Assembly (NCBI GenBank): GCA_023265685.1
Contig: JAHFSP010000004.1
Location: 1 to 62,891, forward strand
Source of the DNA: Candidatus Woesearchaeota archaeon
GTDB lineage: Archaea > Nanobdellota > Nanobdellia > Woesearchaeales > GW2011-AR9
Direction of reading: 5' to 3'
Length of the DNA: 62,891 nt
Shown one piece after another: positions 27,088 to 37,633 of this stretch (its first letter is position 1; each line of letters begins with the position of its first letter). The position numbers and the translations under genes were made by a program. The notes under the pieces were generated by a model. It saw only the letters and a list, made by a program, of their open reading frames with translations, searched no databases and was not told where the DNA came from.

Positions 27088-28815
27088 TTATCTTCTTCCC
27101 TCTGGTTTTGGGTGCTCGTGTCCAAGCCCTTTACGTTGATGAAGATCATTAATATGGTGTCGGCGTTCTTTACTAAATTTGGTGAGATCAAATTTAAATT
27201 CTTCAATCATAGAAGAAATGTGTTTTCCTCCTAAGAAATGAGGCATGATAACATAGGTTGCTCCTGCTTCATAAAGGTCTAGGGTTTCATCAATTTGATG
27301 GGAGATAACGGTAATGATCGTATTTTTATTGATTGATCGAATTTTACGAATAAGAAGAAGGTTAGTGTCTTTGGAAGGAATGGTGGAGATAGCCATTTTA
27401 CATGATGAAAAATCAAGCTCATCTAATAATTCCATATCTTCAACGTCGCCATATTTACAGGAATAATTCATTTTTGTTAATTTTTCAATAATTGCAGGAT
27501 CGTAATCTATAACGAGAAATTTTTTACCGATTTTTTCAACTGATTTGAGCACATCAAACCCGATGCGATTGTAACCAAAAAGTATGATGTCTGGTCTCTT
27601 TTCAATTTTAGATCCGAGCTCATCACATTTCTTACCTTTTTTTTCAAGTAAAGAGAGGAAAGGAGCTACTATCGGATAAATTTTGTTAGAGTATAAAACA
27701 AAATAGGAAGAGATTGTAATAGTGATGAGGCCAATGAATGTTACCATTGAAACTATCTCTTGATTGAGATGGCCAGTTTTGACACCTAACGATACGAGAA
27801 CAAATGAAAACTCACTTACTTGAGCTATGGCAAGACCAGTAAGAAAACTATTACGTTTAGTATACCCTAGCAACGACATAATGATTATGACAATAAGAGG
27901 GTTACCTAGTAGGATGAAAAATGAGAGCATGAGAATAGGAATGATATACACAGAAAGATCGGCGAAGACCATCTGGGAACCCATGAGTACAAAAAACAAA
28001 ACAATGAAAAAATCTCTTAACGGTCGGATTTTAGCGCTAATTTCCGGACTGTAAGGTGAGAAAGATAGGGTGATGCCAGCAAGGAGGGCACCTGCTTCTA
28101 TGGATATGTTAAAATAGTAAAATAATGCTGCAAGACTAAAACACCAGCCAATGGAGAATAAGAGAAGGAATTCTTGAGAACGAGCAATTGTAGTTGTGAG
28201 ACGAGGTAGGATAAGCCAGCTTAAGAGTGCGATGATAACGACGGCAGCAAAACTGTAGAGAATAGAAGGGCTGTTGGAAACGATGTCTGAAGAAGAAGTT
28301 GTAACGGGTAGAGTAGATAGAAAGATGAGAAGAATGATGGCAATGAGGTCTTGGACAACGAGAAAACCCATTGTAATGCGGGCGTAGAGGGTTTCTAATT
28401 CTTTTTTGTCTGAAAGTAATTTCATGACGATGATAGTACTACTAAATGTAAGGGCGATACCAATGTAGAGTGAGGTAATTGTGGAGAATCCAAGAAGAAT
28501 GCAGATGCCAAAACCAGCAAGAGAGGTAAAGATAACTTGACCAAGACCACCAATAATTGATACTTTTCCTACTTCTTTAATGACTTTAGGATTAAGACCA
28601 AGGCCTACAATGAAAAGGAGAAAAGCTATTCCCATGTGCCCAAAGGCAAGAACGGTATCAGTTGAATGAACAAAATTAAATACTAAAGGACCTACAAGAA
28701 TACCTGAAAGAATATAGCCTATTATGAGAGGTTGTTTGAGGAATTTGACTATACCTGAGACAACAAGGGTAATAGCAAAAAGGAGTGCAAACTCCACAAA
28801 AACATCGACAACCAT
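27088..28815 (-). CDS. CPA2/Kef-type cation:proton antiporter with TrkA-N (KTN) domain
   Basis: FLLFIVGL, FSSTIIVMK, VQDL, LRDFF..LFF, QVSEFSF; IILFGYNRIG, YGD in the C-terminus. Confidence 0.92.
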   Translation of the reverse strand: MVVDVFVEFALLFAITLVVSGIVKFLKQPLIIGYILSGILVGPLVFNFVHSTDTVLAFGHMGIAFLLFIVGLGLNPKVIKEVGKVSIIGGLGQVIFTSLAGFGICILLGFSTITSLYIGIALTFSSTIIVMKLLSDKKELETLYARITMGFLVVQDLIAIILLIFLSTLPVTTSSSDIVSNSPSILYSFAAVVIIALLSWLILPRLTTTIARSQEFLLLFSIGWCFSLAALFYYFNISIEAGALLAGITLSFSPYSPEISAKIRPLRDFFIVLFFVLMGSQMVFADLSVYIIPILMLSFFILLGNPLIVIIIMSLLGYTKRNSFLTGLAIAQVSEFSFVLVSLGVKTGHLNQEIVSMVTFIGLITITISSYFVLYSNKIYPIVAPFLSLLEKKGKKCDELGSKIEKRPDIILFGYNRIGFDVLKSVEKIGKKFLVIDYDPAIIEKLTKMNYSCKYGDVEDMELLDELDFSSCKMAISTIPSKDTNLLLIRKIRSINKNTIITVISHQIDETLDLYEAGATYVIMPHFLGGKHISSMIEEFKFDLTKFSKERRHHINDLHQRKGLGHEHPKPEGRR

Positions 28816-28896
28816 TCACGTACCTCTTTTTGGCTGGAAAGAGGGATTTATAGTTTAAAAAGGCTTGGTTTCTTGAAGGTTTGGGGGAAAACTATT

Positions 28897-29064
28897 ATGC
28901 AAAAAGAAAAATATTTTTTAGCCATCAACTTCTTTGTAATCTTTTTAATATCTTTTTTAATTGGAGGCTGTACAGAGCTTGCATTGATGCTCAAAGCTGC
29001 TGGTGTTGAATGTCTTGATCCCATGAATATGTTAATTGATGAGCTCGTTCAAAGATTTAGATAA
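28897..29064 (+). CDS. Possible small secreted/lipoprotein-like peptide
   Basis: Hydrophobic N-terminus ending FLIGGC; 55 aa. Confidence 0.35.
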   Translation: MQKEKYFLAINFFVIFLISFLIGGCTELALMLKAAGVECLDPMNMLIDELVQRFR

Positions 29065-29084
29065 TACAAAGAAAAATGAAATAT

Positions 29085-29339
29085 TCATCGCTGTTGTCGC
29101 TTCGCCTGATCAAACAAGACACGCCAGACATTAACAATAAAACTTGAGGGTAAATTGCCCTTGTTCGCAAGCAGACGTTGAATTATCTCGTTTTCTCGGT
29201 CTGTTTGTTCAATGGGTTGCGTAGTGGTTTGTTTTATTTTTCCTACTTTTTCCACTAATTCCATACGACGTTTTAGTTGTTGAAGAATATTGTTGTCTAC
29301 TAAATCTATTTCTTTACGTACTGTTTCTACATTTTCCAT
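29085..29339 (-). CDS. Stand-alone chorismate mutase (AroQ type)
   Basis: VRKEIDLVDNNILQQLKRRMELVEKVGKIK...RENEII. Confidence 0.85.
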   Translation of the reverse strand: MENVETVRKEIDLVDNNILQQLKRRMELVEKVGKIKQTTTQPIEQTDRENEIIQRLLANKGNLPSSFIVNVWRVLFDQAKRQQR

Positions 29340-29457
29340 ACTCTCACCCTCTTTTGATTTTGTTATTATTTTTTAATTATTTTAATTCTGATAGCTGCTT
29401 TTCTTTATAAAAATGATGAGAATGAACAAGTTAAGTTAGAGAAGAAAAATAGAAGAT

Positions 29458-30435
29458 TTACTCTAATCCTAACTCACGAACGAGTTGCTTGCATTTCTTT
29501 GGAGTGAGTCGTTCGAGAACTTTTACTGCTCTGATAATTCCTTCCATTTGTTCGACTTTTTCCTTTCTGTATCCCTCGCCGAGTCTTTTTGAATTGGCTC
29601 CATTTACGGTAGGTACCTGCCCTACAAGCCAGTAAAATAAACGTTGTTGGTCCGCAAGACCTCTTTCGTACTGAAGATTTGTAGGAGAACTTCCATTGAC
29701 AACTCGTACTGTCTCTCTTTTTAATGCGCCATACCCTTCTGATCCAATTTGATGAACTCCCCAAATACTCACAAAAGCTTGAACACGTTGGGGAAGATCT
29801 ATTTGAGAATCAATAACGCGTTGGACGTTTTCTTTGGTGAGGGGAGGTGGAACATAGGATGGTTGATCAGGTGAAAAACACTCAGTATAGGCGAGAGTTT
29901 TATCTGCCTCTTGAAGACCGAATAAATAACTCTTTGTAGTAAGATATGCCATTACTTTTTTAAAATTCTTGAGATATTTATCTTCATCTAAAATTCTTCC
30001 AAACTGGTCAACGATTCTAGGTAAGACTTGGTATGTAGGTGAAGAGGTAAATGAACCATCTGCTTCAATCAGACCTGCTAAATAGTTAAGTTCGACTATT
30101 CTGATATCTGAAGGTAGTCTTAGTGTAAGTGAAGTGCAAAACGAAAATAGGGTTGCACGTTGTTGATTTTGTATATCTGTGGATTGTTGAGCAAGATCGT
30201 AATTTGAAAGAATCCCGTGAGCCATCGATGCGAGTCGATTATAAAGTGTTCTGATTTCATTTTCATTTTGTGATGAACCTAATGCTGATTGTAACGGATT
30301 CCTAAATGTGATTAGATCGCAATCACGATACTCACAAAGGTCATTGATAGTCAAGTCCGTACTAGTTGGTTGATAGAGACTGAACTGTGAAACATGTTGA
30401 TCAATTAGAGCTGTGAGGGTATTCATTTGGAACAA
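29458..30435 (-). CDS. Hypothetical protein containing a LAGLIDADG-like motif
   Basis: YLAGLIEADGSF at 30049-30084; remainder unrecognised. Confidence 0.55.
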   Translation of the reverse strand: MFQMNTLTALIDQHVSQFSLYQPTSTDLTINDLCEYRDCDLITFRNPLQSALGSSQNENEIRTLYNRLASMAHGILSNYDLAQQSTDIQNQQRATLFSFCTSLTLRLPSDIRIVELNYLAGLIEADGSFTSSPTYQVLPRIVDQFGRILDEDKYLKNFKKVMAYLTTKSYLFGLQEADKTLAYTECFSPDQPSYVPPPLTKENVQRVIDSQIDLPQRVQAFVSIWGVHQIGSEGYGALKRETVRVVNGSSPTNLQYERGLADQQRLFYWLVGQVPTVNGANSKRLGEGYRKEKVEQMEGIIRAVKVLERLTPKKCKQLVRELGLE

Positions 30436-30510
30436 AAAACTCTGCTCTTTTTATAAAAAGGACGGTTATAGAAAAATTAGCTTAAGAGGTTATTCTTTTT
30501 CTGTTCATTC

Positions 30511-31590
30511 TTACTCATCATCTAAATCACTGTCTTTGTCTACTGGGTTAGTGAACGTTTTAAGATATATGTGAAGTTTTTCTCTCATTTCTTGTTTGTA
30601 TTTTTCTTCAATGGATAATCTGTCAATTTCGGCATAGAAGTCTATTTCAGGAAGAGTGGTGAGATTGCTGGTAAAGACCCTTCTTTGATCTAAGATGTAT
30701 CTTGTTACGAGATGAGCTTTTTTTGTGCCAAATTGTTTTGTGGCAGGGAATTTGGTGATGGCGTTAGCTCCTGCTTGCATGAGGTAACCTACTTCTTCAC
30801 AGCGTCGCAGGTTTGTTCCGGCTATAATTTCTAGAGTTGGAAAGCGAATGCGTAGATGAGCAATCCATTCGAGATATTGGTCAACTGATGGGCCTTGAGT
30901 GAATGGTGTGCCTTTCACTGGTTTGAGAGCATAAATTGTTATTCGATCGAGTTGATGCTTTTCAATGAAATCAAAGAGGTATTGTATGTCATTAATGGTG
31001 TCTCCAAGACCAACGATAACAGCAATACTTTTCTTGAATCCTACGAGTTGAGAGAACATCGTATCGTATGGTGCGATTGGTTTGTTGGGGCATACATCTT
31101 TATGGATTTCTGGGTGAAGTGTTTCCATAGATGCACAAATGCCTTTAACGTAGGGACGGAAGAGTTCAAGTTGCGCGGGAGGAATAACACCAATATTGAG
31201 CCAAATTTTCTCACCATAAACGGCGCTGACGTTTTTGATGTATTCTAAAAGTTCTGATGCGGGCATCATGCCATAACCCCCAGTAAGAAATTCAATACGC
31301 CAATTAAATATTTTACAAAAGAAAGCTTCGAGCAAGGCTGACCCAATAGATCGTTTGGAATCAGGTGCGTGTTGTACTTTATGGTGTTGAGTTGAACGAA
31401 AACAAAAAGTACAGTCTCCAATAGAACAGTACCAACTTAAAAAAATACAACGTCCATACCAGGTTTTTCCGTTGAAGTTTTTTTGATAGATTTTTGACGC
31501 TTGATTTAGAAGTTTCTGGGTTTCTGGAGATAGAGAGATGTCTTGTGCATGAATGAAATGAGAAGAGTCGTAGAATTGGTGAGCGATCAT
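30511..31590 (-). CDS. Biotin-synthase-like radical SAM protein (archaeal type)
   Basis: IFLSWYCSIGDCTFC (CxxxxC-xxC cluster motif), FLTGGY, SMET, YALKPVKGTP. Confidence 0.8.
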   Translation of the reverse strand: MIAHQFYDSSHFIHAQDISLSPETQKLLNQASKIYQKNFNGKTWYGRCIFLSWYCSIGDCTFCFRSTQHHKVQHAPDSKRSIGSALLEAFFCKIFNWRIEFLTGGYGMMPASELLEYIKNVSAVYGEKIWLNIGVIPPAQLELFRPYVKGICASMETLHPEIHKDVCPNKPIAPYDTMFSQLVGFKKSIAVIVGLGDTINDIQYLFDFIEKHQLDRITIYALKPVKGTPFTQGPSVDQYLEWIAHLRIRFPTLEIIAGTNLRRCEEVGYLMQAGANAITKFPATKQFGTKKAHLVTRYILDQRRVFTSNLTTLPEIDFYAEIDRLSIEEKYKQEMREKLHIYLKTFTNPVDKDSDLDDE

Positions 31591-31644
31591 GAGGTCTACG
31601 GATTAGTGATTATTTATAAAAATGGAGGAAGAATTTAAGATTTA

Positions 31645-31974
31645 AATAAACTCAGAAATCCTGAAACAAGAAAATCTATGATTTTCTGTTCAGAAAACTG
31701 ATCTTTGTCAGTTTTCAAGAATCGCTTACCCATCGTTCGCTTCGCTCACTGTGCAGCACAAGAAATACAACAGCGATTGTATTTCTGTGCAGAAATGAGA
31801 TCTCTTTCTCATTTCTTGCAAGCTGCGGGGTATTCGGCGATTTCTAAGAAACGGATTTCTGGTTATTACTCGCCCATATCGTTGCAGAGCAACGGGGTAC
31901 AAGAAAATGCGAAACTACTCATTTTCTGCACAGAAAGGCGAAGTCTTTCTTGTATTAGACCCAGCGAGTAATAA
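31645..31974 (+). repeat. Structured palindromic dispersed element, copy 2, with three nested twin-hairpin inserts
   Basis: Colinear with the reverse complement of 2025-2182; inserts at 31667-31719, 31759-31818 and 31900-31952. Confidence 0.9.
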
Positions 31975-32010
31975 AAGTGAAATCAGTGAGGTGAAATGAG
32001 TGAATAAGAC

Positions 32011-32373
32011 TTATATTACTTTTATTATTCCACTATACATTCCCATCGAGCAGGTTAGCGTGAACGTACCTTGTTTGGTTGGTGTAAACTGATAATTCCC
32101 TCTGGAAAGGTCAGCACGTATACCTAATTCTTTTTGTACAATAGAACTACTGCATCCACGCAGTGATCCATCATTTTGTAAGATTACTGGTTCGTTGAGA
32201 TTGAGCATTATATCTTTGTATTTATTTCCTGCTAGGCCAACATCAACGAGTTTACCTTCCACAGAGGAAGTATCTTTGACTATGTTTCCAGTTAATGGAC
32301 CTTTAAAGTAAAGTGCCATACTAATTATGCTCACAATCAAGATTCCGATCATAGCCCACGTAAATTTATCCAT
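32011..32373 (-). CDS. Membrane-anchored cupredoxin-domain protein
   Basis: N-terminal TM; GCSSSIV, FTPTKQGTFTLTCSMGMYSG. Confidence 0.85.
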   Translation of the reverse strand: MDKFTWAMIGILIVSIISMALYFKGPLTGNIVKDTSSVEGKLVDVGLAGNKYKDIMLNLNEPVILQNDGSLRGCSSSIVQKELGIRADLSRGNYQFTPTKQGTFTLTCSMGMYSGIIKVI

Positions 32374-32461
32374 AATATCACCTTTATCATGCCATATTTG
32401 TCTTATCGCATTTATCTGATTTCTTACAATTGTTGTACGATCTTGATTATTACTTTATAAC

Positions 32462-32671
32462 CTAGAGCATTACTTTATATTTTCCAATCGCTTCGATTTC
32501 TTTCTTGACTTTAGCCATATCAAGTTTGCCTTCGTGATCGATAACAACTTTGCCGGTCTTGAAATCTGCTGTGCTTGAATTTACTCCAGGGACCTCACTT
32601 ACAACATCTTCGATTAATATTTTGCATGATTGACAATGGGTCCCTTGTACAGTTATAGTTGTTTTTGTCAT
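32462..32671 (-). CDS. copZ: Copper chaperone (HMA domain)
   Basis: GTHCQSC metal-binding loop, 69 aa. Confidence 0.85.
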   Translation of the reverse strand: MTKTTITVQGTHCQSCKILIEDVVSEVPGVNSSTADFKTGKVVIDHEGKLDMAKVKKEIEAIGKYKVML

Positions 32672-32735
32672 GTTTTTACCTCTTTATTACTGATTATTAA
32701 GATTATTTTAGGCTACATTTGATGCTAAATTTTTC

Positions 32736-34109
32736 TTATGGTATCACATTAAATGTTCCTGGACCAGCCATGCCCATGCCACAGGTAAATTGAATTTTGC
32801 CGGCTTTTTGAGGTGTGAATTTGACAGTAGTGGTAGTAGTTGTTGAGAGTCGCTGTGTAATTCCTAGTTGGGGGATGGCAATTACTTGAGTACATCCCGT
32901 TGCCTTTGTTCCATCAATACGCCATTCAACTGGTACGCCTTGCTTGAGGGTAAATTCTAAAGGTACATAGTCTATTCCTTCTACCGCCATTTCAATAGTT
33001 TGGATGCCATTTACTGTGGGCACACTAGGGGCACTAAGAGTGCCGTCTTGGCTAAATGTAATGCTTGCTCGTACGAGGGTGTAGCCTGAGGAAATACTTA
33101 CCACGCCAAAGAAAATAACAACAACTGCGGCAATCGTCATGAAGTGGCGCTGGAATGATTTCTTTTTGATACTTGAGAGCGCACCAATTCCAATAAATGA
33201 AGGAAGCGTTCCAAGTGAGAATGTTAACATTGTAAGCATACCTATCCAGGGGTTTGCGGTACCCAAGACATAGAGTTGCAGTGCTTGCGTAAAGCCACAA
33301 GGGAGGAAAAATGTTGCTGCACCAACTAAAAATGAGGTAGTACCGTGTTTGGGAGTTTCATTTTCACTGCTTTTATGAATTTTATGCGCGATCCATTTTG
33401 GCATCTTAATTTTGACGTGATCGAGCCAAGGAATGATATGGAGCATCTGTACGCCAATAATGATCATCAATGAACTTACAACTATGGTAATTACTCCTGA
33501 GACTGCTGAAGAAAGGGTAATTAATGATCCAAGATAGCCAATGGCGGCACCAAAGAGAGTGTAAGAGAGGATTCTGCCTATATTAAAGAAAATATGTGGC
33601 CGGAAGCGTTGAAACGTTGTTAAGTTTGGGTGAGCTTCGTTGAATTTCGTTGAAAGCGCAAGAAGTAAACCACCCGATACTGCTAAACAGGTTGAGGTTG
33701 CAGCAATAAGTCCTAAAACAAAAATGAATCCATAACTCATGCTGTCTGTAACTGCTAATGCCGGAATGAATTTAAATTTTTGAAGAATTAAGTATATTCC
33801 AATTAAGATAAGTACTACTGCGCTAATTTCAAAGTAGCGTTTTGATTTTGAAGTTTCTGATTGTAGTTTACTGGATGATGATTTGTTGCCATCACTGCAT
33901 TCAATATCATGAAGAGTATACCCCTTTTCTTGTACTGCCCGATGTAAAGATTGAGAGGGTACAGATTCGTCACACTCAACAACCGCTTGTTCTTTGACTT
34001 TATCAACATTGACGTGGTGCACACCGGAAACTTTCTGGAGAGCACGTTCTATGACAATCTCACAACTGGCACAATGCATGCCTTTAATGGAATAAGTACA
34101 TTTTTTCAT
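32736..34109 (-). CDS. HMA + DsbD_2/TauE-like membrane domain + cupredoxin protein
   Basis: [27 protein letters not shown]-terminal FTCGMGM. Confidence 0.88.
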   Translation of the reverse strand: MKKCTYSIKGMHCASCEIVIERALQKVSGVHHVNVDKVKEQAVVECDESVPSQSLHRAVQEKGYTLHDIECSDGNKSSSSKLQSETSKSKRYFEISAVVLILIGIYLILQKFKFIPALAVTDSMSYGFIFVLGLIAATSTCLAVSGGLLLALSTKFNEAHPNLTTFQRFRPHIFFNIGRILSYTLFGAAIGYLGSLITLSSAVSGVITIVVSSLMIIIGVQMLHIIPWLDHVKIKMPKWIAHKIHKSSENETPKHGTTSFLVGAATFFLPCGFTQALQLYVLGTANPWIGMLTMLTFSLGTLPSFIGIGALSSIKKKSFQRHFMTIAAVVVIFFGVVSISSGYTLVRASITFSQDGTLSAPSVPTVNGIQTIEMAVEGIDYVPLEFTLKQGVPVEWRIDGTKATGCTQVIAIPQLGITQRLSTTTTTTVKFTPQKAGKIQFTCGMGMAGPGTFNVIP

Positions 34110-34133
34110 TTGGAGTTACCTTTTTTATCTTTT

Positions 34134-34388
34134 TTATTTATCTTTTTTATTTTTTGATTTTGGTGACGTTGATGAATGTGAGACTGATTTATCAACATTT
34201 TTTTTGTTAATATTTTCTTTAGAAAGAGCTTCTCTTTGAGGTAGTAATTTGGTTATCCAGACAAATGCAAGGATAGTAAGAGCGATCAAGAATAGTACAG
34301 CTATAACCATAAAAAACCAACCCCATCCCATACCAAATCCAAACCCGCCATACATCCCACATCCAGTTGATATTGTTTCATATGCCAT
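34134..34388 (-). CDS. Small Gly/Met-rich membrane protein
   Basis: GCGMYGGFGFGMGWGW + one TM; GGAGG RBS. Confidence 0.7.
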   Translation of the reverse strand: MAYETISTGCGMYGGFGFGMGWGWFFMVIAVLFLIALTILAFVWITKLLPQREALSKENINKKNVDKSVSHSSTSPKSKNKKDK

Positions 34389-34445
34389 GTTTTTTCCTCC
34401 CAAGATTTTTAGGTTTTATAGTTTTAGGTATTTAAGTTTGAGTTT

Positions 34446-36626
34446 TTAGAGTTTTTTTCTTTTTAATAATAATGCATTGGTTATAACACTTACTGAACTT
34501 AATGCCATGGCGCCTCCTGCAATAATGGGACTAAGCATCCATCCAGTAAATGGGTAGAGTACGCCTGCGGCAATAGGAATTCCAAGGATGTTGTAGAAGA
34601 GTGCCCAAAACATATTTTGTTTGATTTTGGTCATAGTTAGACGACTCAAGCGAATGGCGCGGGCTACATCAACAAGGCTATTTTTCATTAAGACAATGTT
34701 ACCACTTTCCATAGCCACATCAGTTCCTGAACCCATGGCAATGCCAATATCTGCTTGTGCAAGTGCAGGTGCATCATTAATACCATCGCCGACCATCGCA
34801 ACTTTTTTGCCGCCGCGCTGTAGTTTTTTTACGTAGCCTGCTTTGTCTTCAGGAAGAACTTGGGCAAAGAATTTTTCTATGCCAACTTTTGCTGCAATGG
34901 CTTTTGCGGTGCGCTCGTTATCACCTGTGATCATGTAGGGAATAATACCCATCTTTTTGAGAAGAGCAACAGCTTTTGGCGAATCTTCTTTTATTTCGTC
35001 AGCAACAGCAATAATTCCAATAAGACGACGACCTTCGGCCACCATCATTGCAGTCTTTCCTGCTTCTTCAAGAGCCGTTATTGTTGATTCAAATGGGGTT
35101 AATAATATGCCATTTTTTTTCATTAATGCAGTGTTACCGATCGAATAGTGTCGCGTACCAACACTTGCTTCTACGCCATATCCTGGAATGGTGTTGAATG
35201 TGCGCACCATTTGAAAAGTACATTTTTCATTCGTTGCTTTATTGACAATTGCCTCGGCTAATGGATGTTCTGATTTTTTCTCAATGCTGGCAGCAATAAC
35301 GAGAAGGTCTTTTTCGCTAATTCCTTTAATGGGAACTATGTCAGTGACTTCAGGCTTGCCTTTGGTGAGCGTACCGGTTTTATCGAAGATGACGTATTTG
35401 AGTTTGTGTGCGGTTTCAAGTGCGTCACCGCCCTTGATTAGAATTCCGTGCTGTGCACCAAGGCCTGTTCCGACCATAATTGCAGTGGGTGTTGCGAGGC
35501 CAAGTGCACAAGGACAGGCAATCACTAATACTGCTACTGCGGCAATGACGGCAAAACTAGTCTGTGCGTTGGCAATAGAGAACCAGATGGTGAATGTGAC
35601 GAGAGCGATGAATATGACGATGGGAACAAAATAGGCAGAGATCTGATCTGCAAAACGTTGAATGGGGGCTTTTTTAGTTTGCGCGTCTTCAATAAGCATG
35701 ACTATTCTTGCAAGCGTGGTGTTGTTACCGACTTTGGTCGCTTTGAATGTGAAGTTGCCATGTTTGTTGATAGTTGAACCAATAACTTGATCACCATTCT
35801 TTTTTTCTACAGGAATACTTTCTCCGGTGACCATGCTTTCGTCAATGGATGAATTTCCGTTGGTAATTATACCATCAACGGGAATTTTCTCTCCAGGTTT
35901 GACTATGACCAGATCTCCTACAACTACGGTATCAATAGAAATTTGTTGTTCTTTGCCGTTACGAACAACGGTTGCAGTTTTGGCACCAAGTTTCATGAGT
36001 TTGGCTATTGCTTGGCTCGTTCTACCTTTTGCGAGAGCTTCAAGATATTTACCAAGAAGAACAAGGGTGATGAGTACTGCTGAGACTTCAAAATATTGAT
36101 CTCCCATGGGATTAAACAAGACCACGTAGACAGAATAGAAATAGGCAGCACTTGTTCCTAATGCAATTAATGAATCCATGTTTGCGGATTTATTCTTGAG
36201 GGAAGCCCACGCACCTTGGTAAAAAATGCGGCCAACGTAAAATTGAACTGGTGTTGAGAGCACCAACAGAATCCAAAGACGATATGGAAGATCCATAAGG
36301 AGCATACCAATTAAAAGTGCAGGAACTGAGAAGATCGCACTCATGATAACTGTTTGTTTAAGTTTTTGAATTTCTTTCTTTTTGAGTTGTGCTTCGTTTT
36401 GGTGAGAAGACCCGTCAAAGACCATAGCTTCATAGCCTTTGCCTTTCACAGCGTGAATTAAATCATCTACTTTTGTTGATTTTTCATCAAATTCAACAGC
36501 TGCTTTTTCTGTGGAGTAGTTTACAACAGCTGATTTGACACCGGGAACTTTGGTGAGTGCTCTCGTAAGTAGGGTTGAGCAACTGGCACAGTGCATGCCT
36601 GAAATTTTAAGTGTGGTTTTTATCAT
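34446..36626 (-). CDS. copA: Cu(I)-translocating P1B-type ATPase
   Basis: [47 protein letters not shown]. Confidence 0.96.
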   Translation of the reverse strand: MIKTTLKISGMHCASCSTLLTRALTKVPGVKSAVVNYSTEKAAVEFDEKSTKVDDLIHAVKGKGYEAMVFDGSSHQNEAQLKKKEIQKLKQTVIMSAIFSVPALLIGMLLMDLPYRLWILLVLSTPVQFYVGRIFYQGAWASLKNKSANMDSLIALGTSAAYFYSVYVVLFNPMGDQYFEVSAVLITLVLLGKYLEALAKGRTSQAIAKLMKLGAKTATVVRNGKEQQISIDTVVVGDLVIVKPGEKIPVDGIITNGNSSIDESMVTGESIPVEKKNGDQVIGSTINKHGNFTFKATKVGNNTTLARIVMLIEDAQTKKAPIQRFADQISAYFVPIVIFIALVTFTIWFSIANAQTSFAVIAAVAVLVIACPCALGLATPTAIMVGTGLGAQHGILIKGGDALETAHKLKYVIFDKTGTLTKGKPEVTDIVPIKGISEKDLLVIAASIEKKSEHPLAEAIVNKATNEKCTFQMVRTFNTIPGYGVEASVGTRHYSIGNTALMKKNGILLTPFESTITALEEAGKTAMMVAEGRRLIGIIAVADEIKEDSPKAVALLKKMGIIPYMITGDNERTAKAIAAKVGIEKFFAQVLPEDKAGYVKKLQRGGKKVAMVGDGINDAPALAQADIGIAMGSGTDVAMESGNIVLMKNSLVDVARAIRLSRLTMTKIKQNMFWALFYNILGIPIAAGVLYPFTGWMLSPIIAGGAMALSSVSVITNALLLKRKKL

Positions 36627-37225
36627 TATGATTTTACCCCTACTGTTTTAAGTGCGAAAAAATAATGTCGTTTTTGTCTGATTTGTGTGAGTCCTACGTT
36701 TTCAAAGAGGACCCTAAATTCGTTCTTACTATTGATCTTCACATGCCCCGGCTCGAAGCGATGAAACAGTTGATGAATATTTTTGAATGAAAAATTGATG
36801 TCGCAGATTATTACTTTGCCCATTTTTTTTGTTACTCGTACGAGTTCTTGGAGTGCTTTTTGCTGATCATAATAATGATGGAACGCTTCTGTTGAGATAA
36901 CATAATCAAAACTATTTTCTTTAAACGGTAAGTGGTGGACGTCTGCTTTTTGAATGGTTGCGTTCTCTTTGAGTTTAGCTTGAGCTACTTCGACCATCTG
37001 TTGAGAATAATCAATACCATGCAAATCTTTATGGCTTCGTTTAGAAAGTTCTAGAAGTAAATTACCCGTACCACAACTTACATCAAGTATGCTACCTTCT
37101 GTTTTGATTTCATGTAAAGCTGGTTTATAAAATTTCTTCATCCAAAATTGGGTTAGTCGCTTGTCGTACTTTGCTGCTCCATGGTCAAAAAAATGTTCAT
37201 TTTCGTGCAAATTGTGTTCATGCAT
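36626..37225 (-). CDS. Class I SAM-dependent methyltransferase
   Basis: [23 protein letters not shown]; GGAGGT RBS before the ATG at 37225. Confidence 0.88.
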   Translation of the reverse strand: MHEHNLHENEHFFDHGAAKYDKRLTQFWMKKFYKPALHEIKTEGSILDVSCGTGNLLLELSKRSHKDLHGIDYSQQMVEVAQAKLKENATIQKADVHHLPFKENSFDYVISTEAFHHYYDQQKALQELVRVTKKMGKVIICDINFSFKNIHQLFHRFEPGHVKINSKNEFRVLFENVGLTQIRQKRHYFFALKTVGVKS

Positions 37226-37580
37226 GATGATTGTGACCTCCATTTGAAGCGGGTTCTTGATGATAGTGATGATGTTTATGCTCTTGGAGAACATGTACGC
37301 AATATTGTGACATATGATTGTCAATGAGTTCTATTAATGGTTTGATGGTGTTTTGATTAAGGGAATAGATGCGTTGTTTACCTTGTGGTTCGACAAAAAC
37401 CATCCCACATTGCTCAAGACGTTTAAGGTTGTGAGAGACCATGGTTTGTTCGAAACCGGTGGATTGACAGATTTGTGTTACGTTTTTTGGGCCGTTGCGA
37501 AGTGCGATGAGAATGACTAAGCGGTTGGGATTGGCTAGGGAACCAAAAAAGAGTTCATAGGTTTCCGGTTGGTGAATCAT
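37218..37580 (-). CDS. ArsR/SmtB-family transcriptional regulator with His-rich tail
   Basis: LANPNRLVIL, QTMVSHNLKRL, RIYSL; tail HKHHHYH...HNHHA. Confidence 0.9.
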   Translation of the reverse strand: MIHQPETYELFFGSLANPNRLVILIALRNGPKNVTQICQSTGFEQTMVSHNLKRLEQCGMVFVEPQGKQRIYSLNQNTIKPLIELIDNHMSQYCVHVLQEHKHHHYHQEPASNGGHNHHA

Positions 37581-37633
37581 ATATGAACAACATATCATAT
37601 GATATTTAAATCTTGTGAAAGTAACGTGAACTA

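Noticed and set aside
27087-27206. N-terminal 40-aa extension of topoisomerase IB in the ORF track
   Set aside because: It overlaps the kef gene; the ATG at 27086 directly after the kef stop is the better start.
31705-31971. 88-aa ORF in the track
   Set aside because: It lies wholly within the palindromic repeat, whose nucleotide structure explains the region; no coding evidence.
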